Notes: generated from the sequence alone by a model not told the origin. DNA of 64,000 nt from Candidatus Bathyarchaeota archaeon (GCA_963828195.1 CAWHDT010000008.1:128001-192000), one strand, 5' to 3'. Shown: positions 1 to 10,010, counted from the first letter of the stretch. Numbers and translations: made by a program.

Positions 1-278
1 ATGTTAAAGCTGAAGTCCTTGAGATTCCTAAGCCCGTGCAGGTTCACACGCAATTTGGCAACACTGTTAGAGTCGTTAATGCTTTGGTGGGCGATGAAAC
101 AGGAAAAATCAAACTTTGCCTGTGGGAAGGACAAATAAACACGGTTGCTGTCGGAGACAACATTGAAATAAAGAATTCGCACATATGCGTTTTTAGAGGC
201 GAGAAGCAGCTGCGGCTTGGAAAAAAAGGTGTCATCAGCACATTGCAAAGCCCTGCTGAAGTTTTAAGCAGCAGCTAG
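1..278 (+). CDS. Single-stranded DNA-binding OB-fold protein (5' truncated by window edge)
   Basis: Frame is open from the window start (VKAEVLEIPKPVQVHT...). The pattern VGDETGKIKLCLWE...GDNIEIKN...LRLGKKG is typical of archaeal SSB/RPA OB folds. Confidence 0.8.
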   Translation, partial: VKAEVLEIPKPVQVHTQFGNTVRVVNALVGDETGKIKLCLWEGQINTVAVGDNIEIKNSHICVFRGEKQLRLGKKGVISTLQSPAEVLSSS

Positions 279-382
279 CACCAGCAACAGTTACTTAAAC
301 ATCGGTTGTATTTCTTTTTGAGAGGACGATTTTTATACATGAATTAAGCATTGGGTTGAAAGAGAAGTGAGGCATTGACGCT

Positions 383-1042
383 TTGACACTTATTGTGGAC
401 GATGCAGGCAGCGGCGACTTACTTTCCGGCGTAGTGATAGGCGCTTACCGAGAAGAAACAGGCGAATTCAAATATGACATGATTGACGTAAGATTCTACC
501 AAGAAATCTTCCGCGAAAAAGAGTACCTTCAAGAAGCCTCACGCATCGCCGCTAAACTTGCCGCATATTTTAACCTTAAGCCAGATGAGGAAATCCATAT
601 TTGCCAAGGCTGCATCTTTGACGTAGCCGCTGAGGAGCTCCGCAAAGTCTACGGCGAAGACCGCGTTAAACGCGTCAAAGTCATCGGCGAAGCGCAGAGG
701 CTAACAGAAATTGCTTATTTAGACGAAATCCGCAACTTAGGCTACGAACCGTTAGCTGAACGTGAAGAAAAAAGAGGCAAAAGCTTCTTCCACATGATGC
801 GGTGGCTAAAAGACAAACCTGAAATGCTACGTTACACCAAGACAGGTTGGCCGCGGTTAAAGAACTACCATTTGTTTAGCCAATTTCATCAAGAAACAGC
901 TTACAAAACCGTCTGCAGCGACTGCGGCTGCGAATGCGAAGTGCCGTTTAAGCCTCATGCGGACCGGCCAGTGTATTGCCGAAAATGTTGGCCTACCCAT
1001 AGACCGCCAAAGAACCGCCAGAAAAAAGGTCACATCAATTAA
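383..1042 (+). CDS. RNase H-like fold protein with C-terminal CxxC-x17-CxxC zinc ribbon
   Basis: N-terminal IVDDAGSGD resembles the RNase HII DEAGRG motif; C-terminal CSDC...VPFKP...PVYCRKC. Confidence 0.6.
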   Translation: MTLIVDDAGSGDLLSGVVIGAYREETGEFKYDMIDVRFYQEIFREKEYLQEASRIAAKLAAYFNLKPDEEIHICQGCIFDVAAEELRKVYGEDRVKRVKVIGEAQRLTEIAYLDEIRNLGYEPLAEREEKRGKSFFHMMRWLKDKPEMLRYTKTGWPRLKNYHLFSQFHQETAYKTVCSDCGCECEVPFKPHADRPVYCRKCWPTHRPPKNRQKKGHIN

Positions 1043-1151
1043 ATCAGTTTTATGGGTAGTTGCGGCAGGGAATGACGTATTTTTGTTTAGTTGATTTTGC
1101 CGGGGCGGAAGTGTAAGGTTTTTTTAGGCAATACCTTCAATATCATTCTCG

Positions 1152-1358
1152 ATGAGTGTGAAACGGTCTATGGATGAGAGCTGGGAACGCTTGGGGCGCC
1201 TGAAACCTGAGGAAAAAGTGCGACTATGCATTGATATGACTGACGGTTGCCTCCGAATATGTGCTGACGGCGTCAGAAATCGGTTTCCAAGCATCTCTGA
1301 GCAAGAGCTGTTAGAGAAATTGCGTGAGCGCCTTGAATGGTCGAAGCGTAACCGCTGA
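1152..1358 (+). CDS. Small antitoxin-like protein (MenA1/Rv0078B-like)
   Basis: 68 aa, helical (EKVRLCIDM...GVRNRFPSISEQEL), directly upstream of a nucleotidyltransferase. Confidence 0.55.
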   Translation: MSVKRSMDESWERLGRLKPEEKVRLCIDMTDGCLRICADGVRNRFPSISEQELLEKLRERLEWSKRNR

Positions 1359-1370
1359 GGCGAAAAATAA

Positions 1371-1916
1371 TTGGATGCATACTACACGTTTGTGAAGAAG
1401 CTGGTTAATGCTTTTGAAATTGAAAATTTAGATTACGCTTTTACTGGAGCGTTAGCAACGAGTTTCTACGGTGTTCCGCGAACAACAAGCGACGTAGACG
1501 TGATAGTCGCAGTCGCGAATGGGGCAGACTTCAAAACAAAGATTGCGAGAGCGCTGAAACAGGCGGATTTAGAGTTTGACGAACGAAAAATTGAGTCGGC
1601 TTTGACCTCAGGATATAAAATCGCAACTTTCAAAGACAAAACAACGCCTTACACCATTGACGTAATTCTTTCTGAAAATAAACTTGATAAAACATCGGGA
1701 AACATTGACGGCGTGAAAACTTTTTTCCAGTGTCCTGAAGGCTTGGTTGCGGCAAAACTTCGGATGATTAAGGTTACTTTGCCCTTTGAACGCTCGATTA
1801 AAGATAGGCAGGACGTTAAGGCAATTTTGGCTTTTACCCGAGTGAATTTTGAAGCGGTAAAAAGGCAAGCGCGAAAGGATAAGACACTGGAAATATTTGA
1901 AGCCTTAACTGAATAG
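1371..1916 (+). CDS. Nucleotidyltransferase (MenT/AbiEii-like toxin family)
   Basis: YAFTGALATSFYGVPRTTSDVDV motif, plus LVAAKL and KDRQD motifs. Confidence 0.7.
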   Translation: MDAYYTFVKKLVNAFEIENLDYAFTGALATSFYGVPRTTSDVDVIVAVANGADFKTKIARALKQADLEFDERKIESALTSGYKIATFKDKTTPYTIDVILSENKLDKTSGNIDGVKTFFQCPEGLVAAKLRMIKVTLPFERSIKDRQDVKAILAFTRVNFEAVKRQARKDKTLEIFEALTE

Positions 1917-1977
1917 CTCCTTAGCGTTGAAGGCTTAAATAATCTTTTTACCCTATTGCCTAGTGGTCGTGTTTTAG

Positions 1978-2493
1978 TTGTCCTCTGATAAAAATGCTGC
2001 AGCCCAAAGCAACGTGGTATGGTCAGGAAAACCATGGATTACCCCAACAGCCATTATACGAACAATCATCGTTTTTGTAGTTGCAATCCTATTTTTCTGG
2101 CTTGAACTCTATGTAGGTGTTGCCTCAACAAATTTGGCTGGATTACCAGTTTGGGCATGGACGATTTTAGTTTTCATCGTGGCTTGGCTGTTCACCGTGT
2201 TGGATTTGATTATTTTTCGGGCTGCCCACACTTACTTGCTACGGCAGGACGGGTTAGAAATCCGCCGTGGCATTCTGAGGCTACATTCGTTTGTTGTTAC
2301 TCCAATGGGGTTTGGGGATTTACTGGTTTACCAATCCGTCGGCGGCAGAATCTTCGGTTATGGAGACATAACTGTTAACTCTCAAGGCGAACGCCAAATC
2401 AAACTTGTGCTTGTCCGCTCACCCTTCGCGGTGGCAGACACCATCCGAGACATAATGGGTAAACCCCTCGTCCGAGTAGACAGCCACGCATAA
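1978..2493 (+). CDS. Bacterial PH-domain membrane protein
   Basis: Two TM helices followed by Y.L...LEIRRGIL...QSVGGRIFGYGDITV. Confidence 0.7.
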   Translation: MSSDKNAAAQSNVVWSGKPWITPTAIIRTIIVFVVAILFFWLELYVGVASTNLAGLPVWAWTILVFIVAWLFTVLDLIIFRAAHTYLLRQDGLEIRRGILRLHSFVVTPMGFGDLLVYQSVGGRIFGYGDITVNSQGERQIKLVLVRSPFAVADTIRDIMGKPLVRVDSHA

Positions 2494-3011
2494 AAGCACG
2501 CCGCTTTTCTTGGCGTTGCATTATTTTTTATATGTGCAGGTTTTTAATGTGTTTGATGACAAATAATTATTTTTATAAAGTGTGTTATGACGTTTACATA
2601 GGTATTCTTAATATTTGTGAACATTTCTCAAATCGCTTTATATCTTTACCATGGCACTTTGGTTTTTAGAGCAAAACAAAATGGGATGACATGGCATGAT
2701 GGATTTGGCGACCCTTAGATCGGCATGTTTAAGCTTGTTTACTTTCCCCTTCATGTTTATGGGGTATGGCGGTTCGTCGATGCAACGGGCACTAAGAGCA
2801 GCATCGGCAAGGGGCTTAAACGTGTATAGCCGATTACTTTGGGTTACCAAACCAAAACAGCCATCTCCTGCTCGGAGCACTGCATGGCTTACAAAACGTG
2901 TGCTACACGCAAAAGTGCTGATAATCAAAGCTTGTATGTATATACTTACATATTACATATCCTTATAAGCGAATTCTAACCATGCTACAGATTCTAAAAG
3001 GAGGCGAAGAA

Positions 3012-3137
3012 ATGCTGAGTAGAGATTGCGACGGATGCACGCTCCTGCACATGTGTAGTGAACGCTACAAGCGCGTTAGCAAAGACGAGAAAGTGTACTG
3101 CCCAGATGGAACAGCCCACTTAGTAGATCAAAACTAA
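3012..3137 (+). CDS. 41-aa Cys-rich microprotein MLSRDCDGCTLLHMCSERYKRVSKDEKVYCPDGTAHLVDQN
   Basis: Translated by hand. GGAGG RBS and a TTATAA box upstream; paralog at 62391-62516. Confidence 0.85.
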   Translation: MLSRDCDGCTLLHMCSERYKRVSKDEKVYCPDGTAHLVDQN

Positions 3138-3222
3138 ACTTCATCCTTTCCAGTTTTTTGTTAGCTTTAGGCAAAGGCAGAAATGTAAGCTGATTCTCAA
3201 TTATTCAACACATGGTGATTGT

Positions 3223-3753
3223 GTGGATAAAGCTGCTTACTTGATGTGGAGCCGCAAATACGATAAAGCGTTTGGGTGGCAAGCTCAGAGGGAACGGGCG
3301 CTAGGCTCTAAATTCCGAAAAGCTAAAGCATTAACGTTGGCTGATTTGGCCGCTGTTGTTGAATGGAAGTTTAATGAGGAGCCTGAGAAGAAAACTCGGG
3401 TGTTAGAGTTAGTGAGCAGAAATGCGTTGGAAACGGTTAACCGCTTATCCAGCCAAGCTCTAAGCATTCCATCTTGCGAAGACGCTTACCGAATGAATTG
3501 CCTCACACTGCTCGAAGGCATCAGCCCGGTTTTGGCAAGCGTGATCCTAACGTTTTTTGACCCCAAACAATACTGCATTTTAGACACGGCAGTGTGGAAG
3601 GCGGTGCTTGGCAATCCCCCACCCAACCTGTTAACCGCCCAGAACTACCTAAAACTGCTTGGGGTAATAAGGAAAACCGCAGCCAAACAAAACTTGGATG
3701 TACGAGTGATCGACAAGGCACTCTACAAAAAAAGCGTAGACGAATCCAAATAA
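3223..3753 (+). CDS. Hypothetical protein, possible HhH DNA-glycosylase-like fold
   Basis: LEGISPVLASVILTFFDP..Y.ILD and R..DKALY resemble helix-hairpin-helix proteins. Confidence 0.5.
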   Translation: MDKAAYLMWSRKYDKAFGWQAQRERALGSKFRKAKALTLADLAAVVEWKFNEEPEKKTRVLELVSRNALETVNRLSSQALSIPSCEDAYRMNCLTLLEGISPVLASVILTFFDPKQYCILDTAVWKAVLGNPPPNLLTAQNYLKLLGVIRKTAAKQNLDVRVIDKALYKKSVDESK

Positions 3754-3782
3754 AATAGCGCTTCAGTCAATAATTTATTTTC

Positions 3783-3886
3783 AAAAGAACAACAACACCC
3801 TAAATTCAAATGTTGTTCTTCTTGGCAAGATTTTTCTTTAAAAGAAGAAGAAGAAGACTGAAAAAATCGTTTTTCTTCTTCTTTCG
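3783..3886 (+). repeat. REP-like double-hairpin element, copy 1
   Basis: AAGAACAACA/TGTTGTTCTT (3785-3794/3811-3820), then AAAGAAGAAGAA/TTCTTCTTCTTT (3841-3852/3873-3884); homologous to 40615-40710. Confidence 0.8.
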
Positions 3887-4145
3887 ATAGCCTGCTTGAA
3901 TCTTTGATTCCTGAGGGACACGAACTCAGCCCAGAGGAAGCTAAAGAGCTAGACATTCTACAAGCAATATTTCGCAAATCGTGATATATCAAAAAAATTT
4001 CGGCACTCATCATAGAAGAATAATTCTCCATCTTCGAAGACGCAGCAGAATATTATAAACTAAGTAATGGTGATTTTTTATATTGTATTTGATAGAAAAT
4101 GCTATATAATTGGTGAGATAATCTAACAGGAGAGCGGGGGATTAA

Positions 4146-4277
4146 ATGTTCAATTCATTATACGATAAAGCTACCCATCACTGCAACGAGTGCGATTGGG
4201 ATGGCGATGGATGGGAACTAAAAAACAACAAATGCCCAAACTGTAAGAGCAAAAACATCGAAGAAATAAAAAATTAG
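4146..4277 (+). CDS. 43-aa zinc-ribbon microprotein MFNSLYDKATHHCNECDWDGDGWELKNNKCPNCKSKNIEEIKN
   Basis: Translated by hand. CxxC plus CPxC motifs; purine-rich RBS and TATA-like box upstream. Confidence 0.7.
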   Translation: MFNSLYDKATHHCNECDWDGDGWELKNNKCPNCKSKNIEEIKN

Positions 4278-4515
4278 AAAACAATTTCTACCAAGTTAAA
4301 ATTGTCTGGGCACAAAGAGCGTTAGCATACGAACTCTTCACAGCATGAAACCTGCGAAATTAATGAAAAGCCTCACAATTCTTCCTAATAATTCTCATGC
4401 TCTATAAAATATCATCCTCAGAGAGCGGAATGTTCAGAAACCTTAATTTTGGCACACTACTTCTTTTGTAGCTTACGCAAAATTGAAACACTAAAAATTA
4501 AAGGAGAACTTTAAA

Positions 4516-5196
4516 CTGTATTTTCTTGGGCATATGGCTTGGGCATACGTTTGGGCAATGCTAGCGTGGGCTCTGATTCCCGGCGTAAAACGGGGCGGCA
4601 AGCTTATTGTGCCAGCCATTTTGCTATTGGGAATTTTGCCTGACGGCGACATTCTTCTCGGCAGCCTTGGCGTAGTGCATCGAACTTTTACGCACTCTTT
4701 TTTCTTCTGGATTATAATTTTTGTTCCGCTTTTCATTGTTTTCGGGCTGAAATCGGTTCCTTACTTTGTAGCTGTAGTGCAGCACTTTGCCTTCGGAGAC
4801 CTGTTGATGGGAAAAGTCATGATATTTTGGCCCTTCAGCTCCGCACGAGTCGGCTTTGGCATTCCCATGCCTTCCCTTATAGATGTAACGCTGGAAATAG
4901 CCGGTTTGGCGTTAGCGCTGGGAATCCTCGTGAACAGCGGAGATTTAAAACGTCTTTTCTCCGTTGACAAAAAAAACATCCTTATGCTTCTTCCCCTGCT
5001 GGCACTTGCAACGTCCGCGCTGTTTTTTATTTCTCACTGGGCATCCACAAACGGATTTACCGCCTACATTCTATCAAGTAATTTGCTCATAGCCCTCGCC
5101 GTAGGCCACATTATTCTATTTGTGTTCATCGCAATCTCCTCATTCCAAGGATTAAGAGCGTTGAGACACAAAACAAACGGCAAAATACTCCCCTAA
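4516..5196 (+). CDS. Membrane-bound metal-dependent hydrolase (YdjM/DUF457-like)
   Basis: LPDGD, HRTFTHS and H...D motifs. The N-terminal LGH lies upstream of ATG 4534, implying a CTG start at 4516 after AGGAG. Confidence 0.75.
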   Translation: MYFLGHMAWAYVWAMLAWALIPGVKRGGKLIVPAILLLGILPDGDILLGSLGVVHRTFTHSFFFWIIIFVPLFIVFGLKSVPYFVAVVQHFAFGDLLMGKVMIFWPFSSARVGFGIPMPSLIDVTLEIAGLALALGILVNSGDLKRLFSVDKKNILMLLPLLALATSALFFISHWASTNGFTAYILSSNLLIALAVGHIILFVFIAISSFQGLRALRHKTNGKILP

Positions 5197-5531
5197 ACTG
5201 AGCACTAAAGTAGCAGTAATAATAGTGCTTATCATAGTTGGCGCTTTGAGTAGCTAATTTTTTTGCTGGTTGACGGATTCCATTTTTTTAAGGTTGAAAT
5301 CACACTGCCAAACCACCGCCAAAGAACGTCCGACGTTTTGTAAGGTAACATCTCAAAAACTACCTATAATTTAGGATGAAACTAAAAGGATAATCTGCTG
5401 AGTCATTTTTGCTAAAAAAAATTTTGTGTTTTTGTAAAACTTTAAGTAACCTGATTTAAAAGTTATATATAAGCGAGAAGACCAACGCTTCTTGCCTCAA
5501 ATAAAAAATTTTAAAGGGAGAAAAAAGAAAA

Positions 5532-8240
5532 ATGCAAATTGGTAAAAACAGAATCGCGGCTATTTCGATTGTCATATTCTTAACACTTTCAATGGGAGCC
5601 ACAACGTTGCTGGTTCCGACTGCAAGTGCGCATACACCTCCATATAACATTGCAACTTATGCTTTCATCAACGTGGGAACAAACCCAGATGGCATCAGTC
5701 AACCCGTAAACATTGGCTTCTGGCTCGGTCAACCGCCACCAACAGCAACCGGTCCATACGGCGACAGATGGATGGGCATGATGGTGAAAGTTACATTGCC
5801 TGACGGAACCACTGCGGAGCTGGGGCCGTTTACATCTGACGACACTGGCGGAACACATGTTGAGTACACTCCCACAGAGCTTGGCAACTACTCTTTCCAA
5901 ATGACTTTTCCAGGACAAACATTAGCAGGCGTCAACCTTAGTCCAGGAACAACGTCGCCGTATATCGGTGACTACTATGAACCTTCCACCAGTGCAGTTG
6001 CAACGATGACTGTTCAGCAGCAACCCGTAGGCGGAGTTTCAGTAGCTCCTCTTCCATCAAGTTACTGGCAGACCCCAATAACCGCAATGAACGTTAACAA
6101 CTGGTACATGGTTGGGGGTGCTTCTCTTGACCTAGGCAGCAACGGAAAATACAACACTACCTCAAACTATAATCCGTATACTACTGCGCCGATGACGTCT
6201 CATATTATGTGGACTAAGCCTGAAGCTTTCGGCGGTGTCCTCGGAGGAGACTTCGGCGGAACAACAACCTACGGCAACTACTACTCAACCTCGCAATACG
6301 AGAAAAAGTACAATCCAGTCATCATCAACGGCTACCTCTACTACAACGTGTTTCCAGGAAGCTCAACTACTCCCACAGGCTTAATCTGCGTGGACCTATA
6401 CACGGGACAAACAGTATGGAACGACGACGGCGACAACTACGGCGGCGGCTCTTCAGTGCAAACTGCCCTAATATCAACCGGTGTATGCACCTCGCTTCTA
6501 TGCGGTCAAATACTTGATTTCGTATCGCCCAACCAATACGGAGGCTTAGCGTATCTTTGGACAACCGGAACACCAGTTGGAATCGTGTCAACTGGAACCA
6601 CATTAAACATGTTTGACGCTGAAACAGGAACCTACATCCTAAGCATAGTCAACGGCACTTCACCAGCATTAACCGTAGATCAAGGAGGAAACTTGATCGG
6701 CTACTTCATTAACGCTACAACTGGCAACCAAACACTCTACAGTAACCTCGGAGGCAACATTGTCGGCACCAAAGTCACCAACACAGGACCAATGCTGACC
6801 CTGTGGAACTCAACACTCTGCATTCAGAACGGCGCTTGGAGTGCACAAGCTTCAGGCTGGTACTGGAGACCCCCACAAGACGGCGTCATCTCATTCCAAG
6901 AAGGAATCGAGTGGGCGATGCCGATAGCAACTAACTATTCGGGCAATCCGTTGCCGGGAGCTTTCTCGATTGGTGCAGCTGGTCCAATAACGTCATCGCA
7001 AGACATCGGCAGTGGTGTAGTAATGATGACTTCAGGAGGCTCTTCAGGCGGACTTTTCCAGCCAGGATGGCAAATTGAAGCAGGCTACAGCGCAACAACG
7101 GGACAACAGCTTTGGATAGAAAATAGAACATACGCACCTTACACCAGAGTAGTTGGCGAAGGAGATAGTGATGGAGTCTACGGAGAAATATCTTACGAGG
7201 CATCTACACTCTACGGCTACAGCACAAGTACAGGCGCCCTGCTATGGACAGATGTGCTTTCACCTGTTGATCCCTATAACAGCATCGGTGGCTACATGAG
7301 TACTGTTGCTAACGGCACAATGTATCTTGCTGGCTTCGGCGGAGACATATGGTCTATAAACATGTTAACTGGCGCAATCAACTGGTATACGAATACAACG
7401 GCACTTCAGGGTTCCAGCGGAACTAACAGTCCATACGGTGTCTGGCCGCTTTGGCCGTTCTCTATTGGAGGCGTTGCAGACGGAATCTTATTCCTCGAAG
7501 AAGGACACGAATACAGTCCCCCATTATTCCTTGGCGCTCAACAACTGGCAATCAACTGCACAACTGGACAGCTTGTATGGAACATAAACGCTTTCGATGT
7601 TGACGGCTACCCCGTTACTGCATATGGCGTAATGACAGTGATAAACGCGTATGATAACCAGATATATGCTTACGGCATGGGACCAAGTGAAACAACCGTT
7701 ACCGCTCCAGGCGTCGGCGTGACAACAACTACTCCAGTAACACTCACAGGCACCGTGACTGACATCTCAGCAGGTTCGCAACAGGCAGCAGTCGCAGCAA
7801 ACTTCCCCAACGGGCTACCATGCGTATCTGACGCAAGCATGAGCCAATTCATGGAAGCAGTATATATGCAGCAGCCAATGCCCACCAATACGACGGGGGT
7901 CCAAGTTACCCTAACAGCCATCGACCCTAACCACAACTTAATCAACATTGGAACAACTACAACCGACAGCAGCGGCAAATACGGCTTCGTTTGGACACCG
8001 CCCTCAGTTCCAGGAGAATACCAAATTACAGCTACCTTCAGCGGAACCAATTCATACTACGGTTCATCCAGCATGACATACCTGAACGTACAATCATCAT
8101 CAGCGACTCCTGCACCAACAGCTACAGCCGCATCAAACCTGGCAACAACAGCTGACTTAATGACATACATAGTCGTTGCAGCAATCGCCATAATCATTGC
8201 ACTAGCCATAGGCGTCTTGCTAATACTGCGCAAAAAATAA
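5532..8240 (+). CDS. Large secreted PQQ-like beta-propeller surface protein with C-terminal TM anchor
   Basis: Signal peptide; repeated D..TG..VW propeller motifs; Ig-like C-terminal domain; Thr/Ala linker; TM helix followed by RKK. Confidence 0.8.
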   Translation: MQIGKNRIAAISIVIFLTLSMGATTLLVPTASAHTPPYNIATYAFINVGTNPDGISQPVNIGFWLGQPPPTATGPYGDRWMGMMVKVTLPDGTTAELGPFTSDDTGGTHVEYTPTELGNYSFQMTFPGQTLAGVNLSPGTTSPYIGDYYEPSTSAVATMTVQQQPVGGVSVAPLPSSYWQTPITAMNVNNWYMVGGASLDLGSNGKYNTTSNYNPYTTAPMTSHIMWTKPEAFGGVLGGDFGGTTTYGNYYSTSQYEKKYNPVIINGYLYYNVFPGSSTTPTGLICVDLYTGQTVWNDDGDNYGGGSSVQTALISTGVCTSLLCGQILDFVSPNQYGGLAYLWTTGTPVGIVSTGTTLNMFDAETGTYILSIVNGTSPALTVDQGGNLIGYFINATTGNQTLYSNLGGNIVGTKVTNTGPMLTLWNSTLCIQNGAWSAQASGWYWRPPQDGVISFQEGIEWAMPIATNYSGNPLPGAFSIGAAGPITSSQDIGSGVVMMTSGGSSGGLFQPGWQIEAGYSATTGQQLWIENRTYAPYTRVVGEGDSDGVYGEISYEASTLYGYSTSTGALLWTDVLSPVDPYNSIGGYMSTVANGTMYLAGFGGDIWSINMLTGAINWYTNTTALQGSSGTNSPYGVWPLWPFSIGGVADGILFLEEGHEYSPPLFLGAQQLAINCTTGQLVWNINAFDVDGYPVTAYGVMTVINAYDNQIYAYGMGPSETTVTAPGVGVTTTTPVTLTGTVTDISAGSQQAAVAANFPNGLPCVSDASMSQFMEAVYMQQPMPTNTTGVQVTLTAIDPNHNLINIGTTTTDSSGKYGFVWTPPSVPGEYQITATFSGTNSYYGSSSMTYLNVQSSSATPAPTATAASNLATTADLMTYIVVAAIAIIIALAIGVLLILRKK

Positions 8241-8413
8241 AAAACCTCAACTAAAAAATTCCATCTTTTTTTATTTTTAACTTCTTGAGAAAAAAGGAAG
8301 CCCATTAGAATTCACTTTCTAAGCCTATGCAATCTCCAGTTGGCAGCAATTGAGGTTGTGTTGCGGGTTTATTTTTCTTCTTCTAAGCCCCGATGAATCT
8401 GGTTATAGCTTGT

Positions 8414-9007
8414 TTAGGCTATAAAATGGGTTACGCCAGTCAAAATGTACTGCACTGCAATAGCAGCTATGAGCAGCGCCATAACTCTTGCGATTACTAA
8501 GGAGCCTGTTTTGCCTAAATACCTGTAAATGTTGTTTATGTACCTGAGAATAACCCATGTTAAGGATAACACAATCAAAACCGCCAAAATCGCTATCACT
8601 ATACCGTATTCGTTGAGGTCAACTATGGTTGTGGTGATGGCTCCGGGCCCCACAAGCAGAGGTATCGCAATGGGAACGGCGCCTAAGCTTTCTGGGGATT
8701 CAACGTTTTCATGCATGCTGCCTGAAATCAGGATTCTAATTGAAATAATCAGCAGCAGAATGCCTCCTGCAATCTCGAAACTGAAAATCGATAACCCGAA
8801 AAGCGACAGAATTCCTTGACCTGCGAATGCGAAAACAAGAAGCAATGCAGAGCCAACGAGCACTGCAGTGTCATAAACCTTCTTTTTTTGGACGTCTGGA
8901 ATGTTTTCGGTTAACCCCACGAAAATGGGAATGTTGCCGAAGGGGTCAACTATGATGAATAACGCTATAACGGCTCTGCTGAAATCAGTGATGAAATCCA
9001 AGTGCAC
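8414..9007 (-). CDS. marC: MarC family integral membrane protein
   Basis: LFIIVDPFGNIPIF, AGGILL and VPIAIPLLVGPGAITT motifs. Confidence 0.9.
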   Translation of the reverse strand: MHLDFITDFSRAVIALFIIVDPFGNIPIFVGLTENIPDVQKKKVYDTAVLVGSALLLVFAFAGQGILSLFGLSIFSFEIAGGILLLIISIRILISGSMHENVESPESLGAVPIAIPLLVGPGAITTTIVDLNEYGIVIAILAVLIVLSLTWVILRYINNIYRYLGKTGSLVIARVMALLIAAIAVQYILTGVTHFIA

Positions 9008-9101
9008 ATTGCTCCAGACGCATCATAGAGTTAGCTAACTGACGCGATAAAAAGTTAACGGCTCAGCAAATAAACAAGCGGCAGGAACAGGAAAAATGTT
9101 T

Positions 9102-10010
9102 TTAGGTTAAGATTTTTTTCCAGTTTTCCACGTAATCCAGAAATTCCTGCACGGGTTGACCGCCATAACTTCTCAGTTTTTGCCTGTGCTCACCCAAGTT
9201 TAAAGCTGCTTTTTGGAAGTCTCGGATTTGTGTGGCTCCATCCGTCAGATAGAGAAAGCCGTCGGCGCCTGCTCTTGCACACCGCGCAGTGACGGTTAGC
9301 AATTCTTGGGCTGTCGGAACGTCTTTTGGAGTGTCTCCTGGACCATAAACGTAGAAGCTGATGTAAAACGGTTTTTTTAGCAGTTTTTTGAAGGCGCGGG
9401 CAAGCATTTCCCAGTACCAGGGCGTCGCGTAGTTTTTGCTGAACATTACAACGTTGAAGGCGTCAGCGTGCTTTGCCAACTCGTCGAAGTCCACGCCATA
9501 GCGCTCTAGGGAGCTAACGGGGTCAGGCTGAATGCACAGAACCAGTTCTTTCTTGACTTTTTCGCGAATCTGCGCGATGTAGTCGGTGACTTCTTTTCTG
9601 CGCCAATCCAGCCAGCTTAAACCGCTTTTCTTCCATAAACTGGTGCATCGGGGGCAAATGCAGTGTCCATGCTCCGCGAAATATTGGCTGTTTAGCCACA
9701 CGCCGAGGGAGCGCCCGTCGACGTCGGCGAGGTAGTTTAGCTGTTCCGCTCTGTGCTCTGGCTGGGTAGCACAAACGATGTCCCAGTAAAAGTTAAAGTT
9801 GTTATTTCCCATCTTCGCCGGTCCCAAAAGAGACCGAGAAATCCAGTCTGGATGGTCGCGGACAGCAACGTTGTCAGCGAAAACGGCGACGTTACTGTGC
9901 ATGTCCTGCACGGGCGGAAGCCTTGCGCCCATTTCTGTTTTTACTCGTAAAACTTGGAAATCGAATCCCGGCGCCTTTTCAGGCTGGAAAGTGTATGAGC
10001 CAAACTTCAT
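9102..10010 (-). CDS. Hypothetical protein, glycoside-hydrolase-like TIM barrel
   Basis: HPDW, HCICPRC, WLDWRRK, YGVDFDEL and GADG segments resemble GHL-type barrels. Confidence 0.5.
   Translation of the reverse strand: MKFGSYTFQPEKAPGFDFQVLRVKTEMGARLPPVQDMHSNVAVFADNVAVRDHPDWISRSLLGPAKMGNNNFNFYWDIVCATQPEHRAEQLNYLADVDGRSLGVWLNSQYFAEHGHCICPRCTSLWKKSGLSWLDWRRKEVTDYIAQIREKVKKELVLCIQPDPVSSLERYGVDFDELAKHADAFNVVMFSKNYATPWYWEMLARAFKKLLKKPFYISFYVYGPGDTPKDVPTAQELLTVTARCARAGADGFLYLTDGATQIRDFQKAALNLGEHRQKLRSYGGQPVQEFLDYVENWKKILT

Noticed and set aside
2638-2968. Overlapping ORFs 2638-2928 (-) and 2696-2968 (+)
   Set aside because: No recognisable motifs or RBS, and no convincing RNA structure; left unassigned.
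3723-4031. ORF with poly-Ser/Glu and CCC (also ORFs 40503-40742 and 40664-40852)
   Set aside because: These are translations of the non-coding (GAA)n/(CAA)n hairpin element.
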